A stretch of DNA of 64,000 bases, from the NCBI GenBank assembly GCA_903813345.2, contig CAIIXF020000001.1, forward strand, positions 7,378,001-7,442,000, given 5' to 3'. This stretch comes from Owenia fusiformis (lineage: Eukaryota). The notes under the pieces are model-generated. The model worked only from the letters and a program-made list of their open reading frames with translations. It searched no databases and was not told where the DNA came from. Position numbers and translations under genes: made by a program. Shown piece by piece: positions 26,403 through 39,500 of the stretch. Position 1 is the stretch's first letter. The number at the start of each line of letters is the position of its first letter.

Positions 26403-26648
26403 TCATTCCAATTGTCATTTCTCCAAGAGAATATTTCTGTAAAATTGTCAATAAATCGTATAACTGTTATCAACAACATTGATTATATCAATTTGACTTA
26501 AACCTCTAGGGAAACTAGTGAATTACCTTTAATAAATATGATTCATATTTGTATACATAAGGTTTTTGATCTCCAGTCCGAGAAAATATATATGCATATT
26601 GTTCTTTCTCCATTTTTATCTTATTAGTTCTTTTTTAGCTCATGCATA

Positions 26649-27362
26649 TGAGGGGTGATCAGAAAGTAATGAACCGTTGGATCTAATTTCAACAACATTA
26701 AGCCTTTCTACGCAATTTTTTCACACAATATAGCTTGTACATTAAAGGCAGAATCAGATCTATAGGGGGTGACAAAATTACAAGCAACTTGTATAATTGA
26801 CCTACCAATCTATTCCTTACAATATCTAAAACAATCTCTCCCAAAAGATTCACAATATGTTATAAATTGGTGAAGTTATTAATGATTCAAGGTGCAAAAA
26901 TGAGTGAAAAATGTTTAAATTCCCCCAAATAATATAAGAATGGTAACCATTCTTATAGAAAAATAATATATTATTGTAAAAATCTTAAGTTTTCCTTGAA
27001 TAAAGTATGCACTTTTGTGATTTTTAGAAAATAGACATGACAAGGAATGACATGAGCCAAAAATATTCTAAAATTGAAACAATTTTTTGTTTAGCCTGCT
27101 GGCTATATCTGATTCTCTCTTTAAATAAAACACTGACAGTTTTCAGTTTTATTGCTCTATGACATTACAATTTTATTTTATTGGTTGCCTTGGTTTCTAA
27201 GGTAGTGTCAGGGTAGATGTTACATTTTATTGTATTTTTTCCAAATTTTGTTGACGATCAAAATCCATTCAGTCAAGTCTACATATTGTCAAACACCTAT
27301 TCTTTAACACTACGTTATCTTCATCTTACTCCAATATTCCATTACTTTCTGATCGACCCTCG
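26649..27362. mobile_element. Mariner-type MITE
   Basis: TIR GAGGGGTGATCAGAAAGTAATG / CATTACTTTCTGATCGACCCTCG. Confidence 0.7.
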
Positions 27363-27400
27363 TTTATATACAGTATAAAAATGTATTTTGTATAACATAC

Positions 27401-27507
27401 CTGGGGGTTTTGAAGGTGAAGAGCTTTCTCTACAAAGAAATGTACATCTCCTACTGGGGGGTATCGCATCAAGGTGGTCATACATGTAGGGTAGTCACTC
27501 TCTAGCA
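27401..27507 (-). CDS. TBC1D5: TBC1D5 coding exon 13
   Basis: LESDYPTCMTTLMRYPPVGDVHFFVEKALHLQNPQ; AG/GT ends. Confidence 0.88.
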
Positions 27508-30500
27508 CTGTAATATACAGAAACATATGTAAGATCTAAGTGCCAACCGAACTGCAATATATATATATATATTGGGCATTTGTGCCCACCGAACAAAACA
27601 TTTTATTCATTTCTTCATCATTTTGGACATTTCACAAAAGAAACTAGACAACAGCAATGCCAAAGCGTAGCAAATCCCATCGAACAGCCATGGCTGGTAT
27701 TTTTCCAAACAAAATATATAGCAAAAATGGCAGCCACTTTCTACCAAAGTGTCATTAGACAGTGTGACATGCTTATAGTATTCACATACCAAATATGAAC
27801 AAATTCGCTCCACTACTTTTCCAGTTATAGTAAAATACATTAAAATGGTGGCCATTTTTCAAAAAAAATAGTATTCACATTATAGTATTCACATGCCAAA
27901 TATGAACAAAATCGCTCCACTACTTTTCGAGTTACAGCAAAAATCGCAAAATAACGAGTAAAGGCCTCCATTTTTCAAGATGGCTGCCATGTGCTTCTTT
28001 AATATCTACATTTCTAGCTTTATTAATCGTCCTATATCATTTTTTTACATTTAAAACATATTGCTATTACAGTTTTACATATTGCACCTAAATTACTGTA
28101 AAATCAACACTAAAATGGACGCCATTTTTAAATGAGCTGCCATTTTGAAAATCGCCTTTCGAGCAGAACTTCTATCCCATATGTATACAAAATATGAACA
28201 AAATCGGGCCAACAGTATTTGAGTTATTGCCCAGACGGACGTAGGGACAGACGTATGGACGGACAGACGGACGGAGGCGTTCCCTATATCCCTCCGAACT
28301 TCTTTCGGTGGGATAATAAATTTGCACCAAACCCTTCCATAATAAATAGTACCGTGGGTACTGGGCTCACATGGTGTTGCTCAAAAGGGAAAGATGGCTA
28401 AAAGGACAAAAAATAAAAAAACAGATTTTTTGCCGATTTTTTGTAACAAAATTATTCCATACAACTACTCTACAAAATCATGGATTTTTACAATGCAGGA
28501 CACCTGAAACTATTTGTAAAGCTAGGAAATTGGCCAAAAGTGAATTTCGCGAGACAAAAATGGCAGCCATTTTGAAAATAGGTAAGCTTTTGAAGCAGGA
28601 GTCACGTTTTTTTTTTCTTTATTGATGTTAAACAAAAATATTTTAAAACGGGAATCTTATCTAAAGAGGATTTAAAAAGAGCCAAGTGTTGAAAGAGGTT
28701 TTAAAACTTGCCACTATTTTGGACTGACTGAGATACAGATGGACAAATCAATGTTAATAGCTGGATGACAAATTGAGGTTTTTTTTCATAATGCTACCCA
28801 CCTGGTATAACAAGTCGTGTGTGGTATCATATTGAAGCTAAGAATATGGGCAATACAGAAATGTATGTTGTGAAATTTGGTTCCGCGACCGGAGGTGATT
28901 AATTTCACTAATTAATTAGTGAACAATAATATTGAAAAATAATTTTGATTTTCAATGTTAATGGTAAAGTACTTTAAATAACATGTTCAAGTCCTTCATC
29001 TTTGTAAATTATGATGATATACTATAGTGAGGTTAAACAGTGCTTATTATGATCAATAATATGTAAATTAGATAAACATGTTATGTAATACAAGTTGGAA
29101 AATGCTTTTTTATGTATCATTTTATTTGATACTAAAATTAGTCTATACAAAATGAACAACAGTCAAAAATCCTCATTTAGCATTCAAATAAAAGAGAAGT
29201 GCTCACAAGACCTTTTTATGAAAGTTTGAATTAATTAAAGGTTACTAATTAATTGGCTGAACCCTTACAAATATATAAATTAATTAAATATTTCATTTGA
29301 TATCATAAACTGTTCTTATACAAAATGAACAAGACAGTTGGAAATTCTCAATTAGCATTCAAATTAAAGAAGTACTCTCAGAGCCCCTTTTTCAAAGTTT
29401 GAAATAAATAAAGGAAATTAATTAATTGGTGTAACCCTTACAAATATACTAAACAACTTATTTTTAACTCTGTTAATTTATTTATATAAAAAGAACACGA
29501 TTTTTCAAAATATTCATTTAACATTCAAATAAAAGTATCACAAAGTAATTTTTATAAAAGTTTGACACAAATAATATTAACTAATTAGTGTAACCCTTAC
29601 AAATGAACTTAATAACTTCTTTATGGATTTGCTTCAGAATCAGTTGAAGTAGCCATCACAATTTGTTACCTCTATTTTACTGGTCAGTAGTCAATCAAGA
29701 GTTTATAGGGGTAACTCCAGGTACTAACATAGGTCGATATAAAACCCTTATCATCAACCCCTGTGTGAAGGAAGCATAATAAGTACAGCCCTTACAAAAT
29801 GTATCATATAAATTTATCGTATAAATAAGATTAACTAATTAGTGTAACCCTTACAAATGAACTTAATAACTTCTTTATGGATTTGCTTCAGAATCAGTTG
29901 AAGTAGCCATCATAATTTGTTACCTCTATTTTACTGGTCAGTAGTCAATCAAGAGTTTATAGGGGTAACTCCAGGTACTAACATAGGTCGATACAAAACC
30001 CTTATCATCAACCCTATGTGAAGGAAGCATAATAAGTACAGCCCTTACAAAATGTTTCATATAAATTTATCGTATAAATAAGATTAACTAATTAGTGTAA
30101 CCCTTACAAATGAACTTAATAACTTCTTTATGGATTTGCTTCAGAATCAGTTGAAGTAGCCATCATAATTTGTTACCTCTATTTTACTGGTCAGTAGTCA
30201 ATCAAGAGTTTATAGGGGTAACTCCAGGTACTAACATAGGTCGATACAAAACCCTTATCATCAACCCTATGTGAAGGAAGCATAATAAGTACAGCCCTTA
30301 CAAAATGTATCATATAAATTTATCGTATACACCCCTGTAACTCATGTGAAGGTTCACAAGACATCAACACTTGAATCATCTTCATCACAATTGCCTGGAT
30401 GTTGGAACAACCACCCTGATCATGACAGGCACATATTGGAATGCAAGTTAGTCCTGCAGCCAGACAATTTTGTGCAACATTACAGTTTGCGTCCTTGCAA

Positions 30501-33500
30501 TAAAGATGTGTAACATCCCTCAATTCAATTAGAGCTGGGTCTTTGGTGATCATTACAGGCATCATTTTCCCATTGACTATTTTCCATTCATTTCCAACTG
30601 GGTCTCACAAATCTAGTTCAGCAATATGACTGGAAAGCAAAATCTGAAGTTGAATCTGGCACATTTGTACATGTTGTTTGAATGCATCTTCTGTTGGTGG
30701 AAGACCTGATGCTGGTTTATCTGTTGTAGAAGCCAACACAAAACGGAGGTCGTCTAATGTCATAGCTGCACTTGTTTTCTTTCCTGTCACACAACATTGA
30801 CAGAATGAACTGCCTAGCGAAACTTTGGAGTTTAATTTGGTCTTCAAATGCAGAAAGGCAAACTATTTATGTATGATTTTTCTGCAGTTTGGCAAAGGCA
30901 GTTCTCTTGCCAATTCTATGCAATGCGTAGGTTGTGTCCGATCCCGTGAGCACGTGAACTGCAGGAAGTAATCGACAAATACCTTCACCAAGTCCATTTG
31001 CAATGGTATGAATTGGGATGTATCTCTCCTTGACTTCAAGTCTGTCTGTCAAATATTGAGTCTGAAAGTAATGAACTAGGAGGACAAATACATCTATGTC
31101 ATCACACTTGACAATGATACGCTGGTTCTGTTTTGCATTTTTAATAGTGTGTAGAATGAGCATTATATCAGCCTCTTCATGACTACATGCAAGATGGGAG
31201 AGATATTGATCACCTTTTGCTGTCAGCTTTGAAACTTTGTCATTGTTTTGGAATCCACCAGCAAGAACTACACTCTGTCCCTTTTTGAGGTATTGAGGAG
31301 CAATGACCACTAGCATTTGACAAATGAAATGAGCAAGATTTGCTTTATTTGCTGGATTCTTCAAGAATCTTCTAAAATTAGGCACATTCCTTCCAGCAGC
31401 AATTATATGGGTAGTTGAGTCATCATTGTTGCTGCGTCTCTCACGTTCAGCAAATTTGATAGCCTGATATTGGGATTATCATATCTAACAAATACTACTG
31501 TTAGTGCATCAGTGGTACCTTTCAGAAACTTTAGGATTCTCCCTAAAACTCCATCCACCAGTCGTTCATCGACTACAGCAGGGCCATCCCATAAAAGATA
31601 TAACTACTAGTTCCTTCTTTAAGGTCTTCCGAAACTTCTGTCACTCCGGCATATGATTCCAGTCTCTTTGCTAATTTACACTTAGCAGTTTTTCTTATTG
31701 TTCCATCATCATTGAACAATGAAGGTGGCACTGTAGTGAGCTCATGCTTCAGCACTTGTTGTAAATCTACATCACGATCCTTTGAAACCAAAAGCAACCT
31801 TCTAAATAAAACTTCAGATTCTATGGCAATCCTTTTTCAAGCTACAGTAATGGTAGTTTTCTTTGTGTCTGAAAAGGTTTTTATGCCAAGCCTTTTATCT
31901 GGATCCCAAAAGTGTGCTGTATCTTCCAAGAGCCGGTGTACTATGAACTTTTCTTGGTGTTCTTGGCCCTGTCAAGATATTCAGTTAGATCCTTTTCAAG
32001 GGGTGCTATTTGGCCCGTTCCTATGTTAATTAGATTTGGTGGAACAGTCTCCATGTCAAAGGGATTTTGAAAAATGTCATTGATGGTTGACTTCATTTTT
32101 AGTAGGTCACTTTCAACTTTGGCCATTCTACTTTTTCCAATGTCACTGTGAATAGCCGTCGTGCCGACTGGTACTGTAGGATTTTCACTCCCTCAAAATA
32201 TTCAGCAGTTATGTGCCTTGTCACAAGCCATCTGATAAGTGTACTCTTAGATCGTGTGAAACCTTTATTTCCTCCTGAGCTTTTTGCTTCCTTTTTAATT
32301 GTTTGCTCGAGTCCCTGATCTGTTGGGACACAATTGAAATGGGTCGAGTCTGATCGTCTAACAACAAATCCACCTTCCCTGCATAATTTATTTTTCCTGC
32401 TACAAAAAACCAGGGAATTGCTTCAGCAATCGAATCAAGATTGAAAATTTGCTGAATGGTCAGCTCTGAGGATTCTAAATAAGTCACACCCTTCTAGAAA
32501 AGTAGCCCAGTATTCAAATGTTTTTGATCTTTGTCTTCCTTCTCTTTTCAATATTTAGAGCTTCTCATCAGTTGCTTCAATTTCCTGTTCCATACTTTCA
32601 TTGAGCATATTGACTTTGTCCAGTTGACTCTCATGAAAAGCAATCTCTAGACGTCAAAGAAGATCTTTCAGTTTTTCAGATAACAGAGCTTCATTGTTTT
32701 CTGCATACCAGGCCTCTGCTGACTACAGGGTGTCCCGAAAGTATGGGCCCCCCCTAGGCAGACATATTCCAGTGTCCTCATAGTATGTGTCATATATCAT
32801 TTTAAAGCTTATCCAAAGTTACATTGATTTGCCAAGTATCATGGTTTAACTCCAAAATGGGAAAAAGTTACAGTCATTTTAAAAGTTAGTGTTTTGTCAA
32901 AATAAAGTTCAATTTTACGCCACATAACTAGTCAATGTGTCCCCCCTTGGCCATGTTAACAGCAGCAATTATTTTCAGATATGACCTTAAAAGCCCTTCA
33001 AATAGGGGTGGGGGATTTTATAACCCTCTTAAAACCTGTTAAGGGACTTTAGAAAAGTTTCCTTAGAGTTTCTACCCTCACCATTCTCTTTTTCCAACTC
33101 AATATCGCTCCAACCCGAAAAGAATTGCTGCTGTTAAGATGGCCCAGGAGGACACATTGACTAGTGATTTGGTGTAAAATTGAACTAAATTTTGACCAAA
33201 CACTAAATTTTGAAATGCCTGTAATTTTTTCACATTTGAGAGTTGAACCATGATACTTGGCGAATCAATGTAACTTTGGATAAGCTTTCAAATGAGATAT
33301 AACACATACTATGACGACACTGGTATATGTCTGCCTAGGGGGGGCCCCATACTTTCGGGACACCCTGTATATTTAGTCTAGAGAGTGCTTCGTAAGCTAG
33401 TTTGAGGCCCACTAATTCCCCTGTCTAAGTGTTTTTCTTGTAGCATTTGTTTGGCATTTGCTGGTGCAAAAACATCTGATTTCCCATAGCACAGTTATGC

Positions 33501-36500
33501 AGTCACCACAAAATAACAAAAGATTTGAATATCAAAGAGGTTCATCCTATTCAATATAGATAGTAATCAGATTCAAGCTTTCAAACAATAATAATGCTTT
33601 TGATCATTGAGTATGTATTACAATAATCATTGTTATGTCACATACCTATAAAAGATGAATGACACAAAAAAGTTATCTTAAATATATTTTATGAACATGT
33701 TAAAACATAGTTAATTGTTTCCAGATTGCTTCTATAAATAATCCGTATGACAACCTCAATTTAAACAGGTTCTAATAATTTGTGTATGACCAGGAATTAA
33801 ATTCTTAAACGTCCCAACAAAAATATGAATATTAATTATTAATTTATTGATCATCTTTATAGCCCTTGGCTACTTTCTAAATGGCAACTGAAACCAAGAA
33901 TCTTAATCATATTTTAATGCTGTGTCTTAACTGTCTTAACATACCTTATTATTAGCATTATCATTATTATTATATAATCGTCATTATTATTACATAATAT
34001 TTAATTGATATGCTGTAATTAGCATAGCTGGCATGTAAAAATGTTACTTAAAATCAAATCTGTTCTTCAGAATATGAACATTTGCTCTGTGTTGTATGTT
34101 ATTTTGTCAAATGCCGCATCAGAAACAAGATTTGCCATGCCCACTTTTATACTCTTATTTGGGGTAGGGCACTAATGAGTGATAAAAAAAATTATTTTAA
34201 GATGTTCAACAAGTAAAATAATCATATCAAATTGTCAAACAGTCCTGGTAGATGATTTTAAAATACTAATATGTGTTATATTATGGTGCAACTTATTTCT
34301 AATCCTAGCAATGAAAAAAAGCATGGTAGAAAAATATAATCTTTTTTCCGTCATTTAGTATTCAGATGCTAATTTCTTAAAAATACAAAGAGATTTTGTT
34401 CCCAGTTTGGTTTACAATTGTTAAACAAGCATTTCCTCATATAATATCCAAAGGGTAGGTGTAGTCATGCAATCCATTTAACCTTATTAAGCCTCTGGTA
34501 GTGCTACTTCAATTAAAAGATAATTAATCACATGCTAATTAATTCGTTAATTTATTCATGTTCGGTCGCGGAACCAAATTTCACAACATATATTTTCAGT
34601 TAGCTGACATATTTTCCTACAATATGGTACCAAACACCACTTGTTATACCAGGTGGGTAGCAAACTTTTTTTTTAACCCCCTTATATTCAATTTGTCATC
34701 CGGCTATAACTAAAATGGCTGAAAATAAAAGAAATGGACATAATTTTTTGCTGATCTTTTGTAACAAAATTATTATTCATACAACTACTCTTTACATTGA
34801 CATAGATTTTTACAATGCAGGACACCTGAAATTATTTGTAAAGCTAGGAAATGGGCCAAAATTAAATTTCACGATAAAAATGGCGACCATTTGAAAATAG
34901 GCAAGCTTTTGAACCAGGAGTCATAGGGGAAATTTTGTATTGATGTTGAACAAAAATAAATTAAAACTATCCACAGAGGTTTTAAGGCAAATGGTCCAAA
35001 AGAGGATTTTGCGAGACAGATGGACAAATCAATGTTAACTGAAATGGCTGAAAATAAAAAAACGGATATAATTTTTTGCCGATTTTTGTAACAAAATTAT
35101 TTCATACAACTACTCTTTACAGTGACATGACTTCTTACAATGCAGGACACCTGAAATTATTTGTAAAGCTAGGAAATGGGCCAAAAGAGAATTTCTCGAG
35201 ACAAGAATGGTGACCATTTTGAAAATAGGCGAGCTTTTGAACCAAGAGTCATAGTGGAGCTTTTTGTATCGATGTTGAACAAAAATAACTTAAAACAGGA
35301 ATCCTATCGACAGAGATTTTATGGCAAATGGTCCAAAAGTGGATTTCGCAAGACAGATGGACAAATCAATGTTAACTAAAATGGCTGAAAAAAAAATGGA
35401 AATAATTTTTTGCAGATTTTTTGTAACAAAATTATTTCATACAACTACTCTTTACATTGACATGGATTTTTACAATGCAGGACACCTGAAATTATTTGTA
35501 AAGCTAAGAAATGGGTCAGAAGTGAATTTCGCGAGACAAAAATGGCGACCATTTTGAAAATAAGTGAGCTTTTGAACCAGGAATCATAGTTTTCTGTATT
35601 GATGTTGAACAGAAATAGCTTAAAACAGGAATCCTATCGACATAGGTTTTAAAACGTGCCACTTTTCTTGAGCAGAGTCCTATGTCCCTAATAAGGACCA
35701 GCCTATAAAATTTGAACCAAATCCGGCAACTACTGTAGTATTTGAGATATCAAACATTCGTTAATTATGAAAAATGGTGGCCATTTTGAAAATGCCTCCT
35801 TGAGCAGATCTCCTTTGCCAACTATAAGATATTAGCCTATAAAATTTGGACAAAATTTCATTATTTGGTCCATAAATTGTATTTAAGTTATCATAAACTA
35901 CATATTTTATAAAAATGGTGGCCATTTTGAAATTCAGTTACTTACAGATATCTCTAATATAAAGCAGCATAGCAACAAACACATAGTCCACAAGGTCAAA
36001 GGTTGTACTCTCTGCAAACAAGGCATCCCACATGACTAGAAGATCCTGCATCGGAAACTCACGTCCAAACAACAGCCTGATCCAGCGTCTGAAACATAAT
36101 ATTTACGTGCTACTTGTAGAATATCTTAAACATATACAAAATGGACAATCTGGAGAATATCACAGGAGACATTAACATCATCACCTGCCATTTATTAAGA
36201 TGCCAAACACCAACTGCCAACCGCCAACCACAAAAAAGTTGGAGACTATAACAATGTAAAAAAACACTCATTAGCTATAGGCTCAAACTATTCATATAGC
36301 AAGGTTTTGGAGATACATTTTGAGGTACCTTTGCTTTTTAATTTTGGAAATTTTTTTATCACTACCTTTTTTAAAATAAAGTAAAAGTAAAGGCAAACTA
36401 CAGTGAAAAATAATTGATAAGTCATACATTTGGCATGTTCTCTTGAATTTTAACATCTTATGTCCCAAACTCTTCCAAAGTGCAGAAAAGTGTACGCCGT

Positions 36501-39500
36501 AAATTATATTTAACCAAAATGAGTGTCCCCAAGGCTTTATACCAGCGTATGTATGATGCATTTGTCACGAGTTTGAGCTCACATTTTGCTAAAATGAAGT
36601 AAGGGTAATCTCTGCCAGGTTTGTTTATTGTGGAGCTTTTAATGGTAAGTGCTCAGGAGCAAATAATTCATGTGCGCAAAATATTCAAATAATCTGATTG
36701 GTTTTAACTTATAGTGCGCATGCGCACGTACATGTGCCATGTTTTTTTCTAGTGATTTCGTTTCGTTCCATGGAGTTTGTGTTTTAGTGTAACTTCCCTA
36801 AAAATGGCCGACCGATGGCAGAATTAACTGGTATAATCACTTAAAATATAAATGATCTTTTTGCCTAAAATAGCAAATATTTTATCCTTGAGATTCTCAG
36901 GGTTATATAGGCAACTCCATTTTGGTAGAAGGACTCTGTTTATAGTTAAAACCCACAATTTATTTTTTAATGTTGGCACGGTAATGTTTTTGATTTCATG
37001 ATAATTGGAAATCTGTCATATGTTACTACCACTGAACATCAATTGCCAAATGCCAGCCATCTTCAAAAAAGTTGGAGACTATAAAAATATGTTAACACAA
37101 ATATATCTTACATGCCATAGACCTGTGGAGCAATCTCATATTTCTCTAAGTGATTGTACAACTCCATGTCATGTTCACTGAGTATCTCACTTTGTATGAT
37201 ATTAAGTTTGGTTACAATGACATTGGTAGGGTAGTCACATGATGGTTGGGTGAATGGAGTCTTAGTAAACTTCTCTGTTTTGCTGGGCTGCAATATACAA
37301 TAAATGAAGAATGTTAGTTATTGTACATGTATACAATCATACATATGTTACTAGTTTGTATCAGTACATTTTTCTTTACTCTTAAATCATTATGATTTGA
37401 TATGGATTTTGATACTGAGATTTAGAAATTGTACACAAATTATCCTCTCCTTAAAGGTACTGATGGACAAAAAAGTTTTTTTTTAAATTGTTATTCCTGC
37501 ACATGTTACTTTCTGGTACAAAATAAAGTAAAGTATGAAGGCATGTGAGAATTTCCTTGCTTTTTCAGGAAAGTATCATGACATTGTTTCCTTTTAGTAA
37601 ATTTGGCAGAGGTCAATAGCAATCCAGCATTAATGAGAAGGTTGGAGAAGAAATTAGAACAAGGCATTAACATGACAAAATGTCACCTAGTTGCTCAAAT
37701 CTGAAATCTAAAGTCAGATTTGAACTTCTGAGAACTTGTACATGATTGGTCAATTAGGAGCAAGTTGAAAAAAGACCGTTTTGACCTTGAGAAGGTCATT
37801 GAAGGTCAAATCTAAAATCAGATTTGAGCTTCTGAGAACTTGCAGATGATTTTTAAAAAAATTGGTCAATTTGAAGCAAGTTGAAAAAAGACCTTCTTGA
37901 CCCTTTTTGACCTTGAGAAGGTCATTGAAGGTCAAATCTCAAATCTAAAGTCAGATTTGAACTTCAGAGAACTTGTAAATGATTTTGAAAAAAAGTTTGT
38001 CAATTTGAAACAAGTTGAAAAATTCAAAAGACCTTTTTAACCTTGTCATTGAAGGTCAAATCTCAAATCTAAAGTCAGATTAGAACCTCTGAGAGCTTGT
38101 AGATGATTTAGAAAATAATTTAAGTCAGTATAAAACAGTATTTGTTAAGTCATTGGAAGGTGTAAGAATTTATTACAGGTGCCAACCACCAAACACCGAC
38201 CGCCGTCACAAAAAATTGAGACCATAACCATACCACTTTTGGTGGTGACATAAAAATTAATAATAAAAAGGCAGCCATTTTCTTGAAATATCAGCATTTC
38301 TTGGAGTTATTTTTATTCTTTACTAGAAAATAACATGTGAAGGTGTAGCAATTTTTCAAAACTGTTTTTGTTCATCCAGTACCTTAATGAAAATACTTCC
38401 CTGTTGATAATTTGACCTCTGCCTAAATAAAGGTGTTTTATATTACTAGTCCATACCTTGGCAGGATAGATGTCTCTAGAGACATACCATGGTTCCACTG
38501 TATCCATCACCTTACAGAACAAGGCACTACAAGACAAAACATGGCATTAAAGGCCCACTATACTTAATTTAGAAGAAAAAATAAAAAAAATAATCACTGA
38601 AACATGTTACTCAGACACTCACCCAAATATGACACAAAGTTTGATTTGCTTTAATATTGAACCAAGAAAAAAATAACTTGCATAGAAAAGAGCATTTGAA
38701 GTTCAGAGATCATTAGACATGCATGCACATGTTAAACAAAGTGCATGTTTTAAGTACCTGTTGATCTTAAAGATGGCATCACTTCTATAAAAATGAATGT
38801 ATCATGTAATACAAACAACTTCGCCATCTTTCAATGACATTGATAAAAACTTGATAAATAAAAAAAGGTCAAGGACAGCTGTAGTGGCGGGAAATCAGCA
38901 AACAGTAAGTCACTGACGAAGGATGTAGTCACATCCGAAAGCTATGAAAAAGTAAAGAAATTTCTCAGGTTAGTTAGAGGAACCTTAAATTATTATTATT
39001 AGAACTAACAGATGAACATCTTTGGCACTATTGATAAATAAAGGTTGACAGATCGAATATATTTTTTGATAATTTATTGTAAGCTTTGATGTGGTCCATT
39101 TTAGCTGTTGTTGGGGTCAAATGAAAGATAAGGTTCTTATCAATACATTGGACATACTATGAAATTCAAATTTAAGTCTTTATTTTGCCCAAAAACGTTG
39201 AAAATTCGCAAACTTGGGCCTTTAATAAGATAAAAGGTGACCACCTGATACATTGTTACAAATGTGTAACTATATGTTACAGATGGCACTGATAAATGAC
39301 ATTTTAGTCACAAAAAAATCTTCAATTAATATCTTGTATTCATAAAATATTTTAGATTTGAGAAACAATGTCTCCATTCATCAAAATAAAAATGTTATAT
39401 ACAGTGCTTCTTTTATAGAAAAATCATTAAGATATTTGTTGAATAAAGTATTGATATTTTGGAAAAGAAAAGAGTGAAAATGGTCGAAAAAGATTCACAA

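Larger units (their letters stand above)
28758..34706 (-). mobile_element. Academ DNA transposon 2
   Basis: TIRs TAGCYGGATGACAAATTGA (~170 bp); TSD TAA (28755-28757, 34707-34709) restores host ATGTTAACTAAAATGG. Confidence 0.9.
28347..35670 (-). mobile_element. HINE family A, copy 3, split by Academ 2
   Basis: Family A hairpin end at 28347; the array resumes in register at 34707. Confidence 0.75.
38551..39221. mobile_element. Kolobok-like MITE (TTAA TSD), copy 1
   Basis: TTAA-AGGCCCA...TGGGCCT-TTAA; homologous to 55491-55973 in inverted orientation. Confidence 0.8.
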
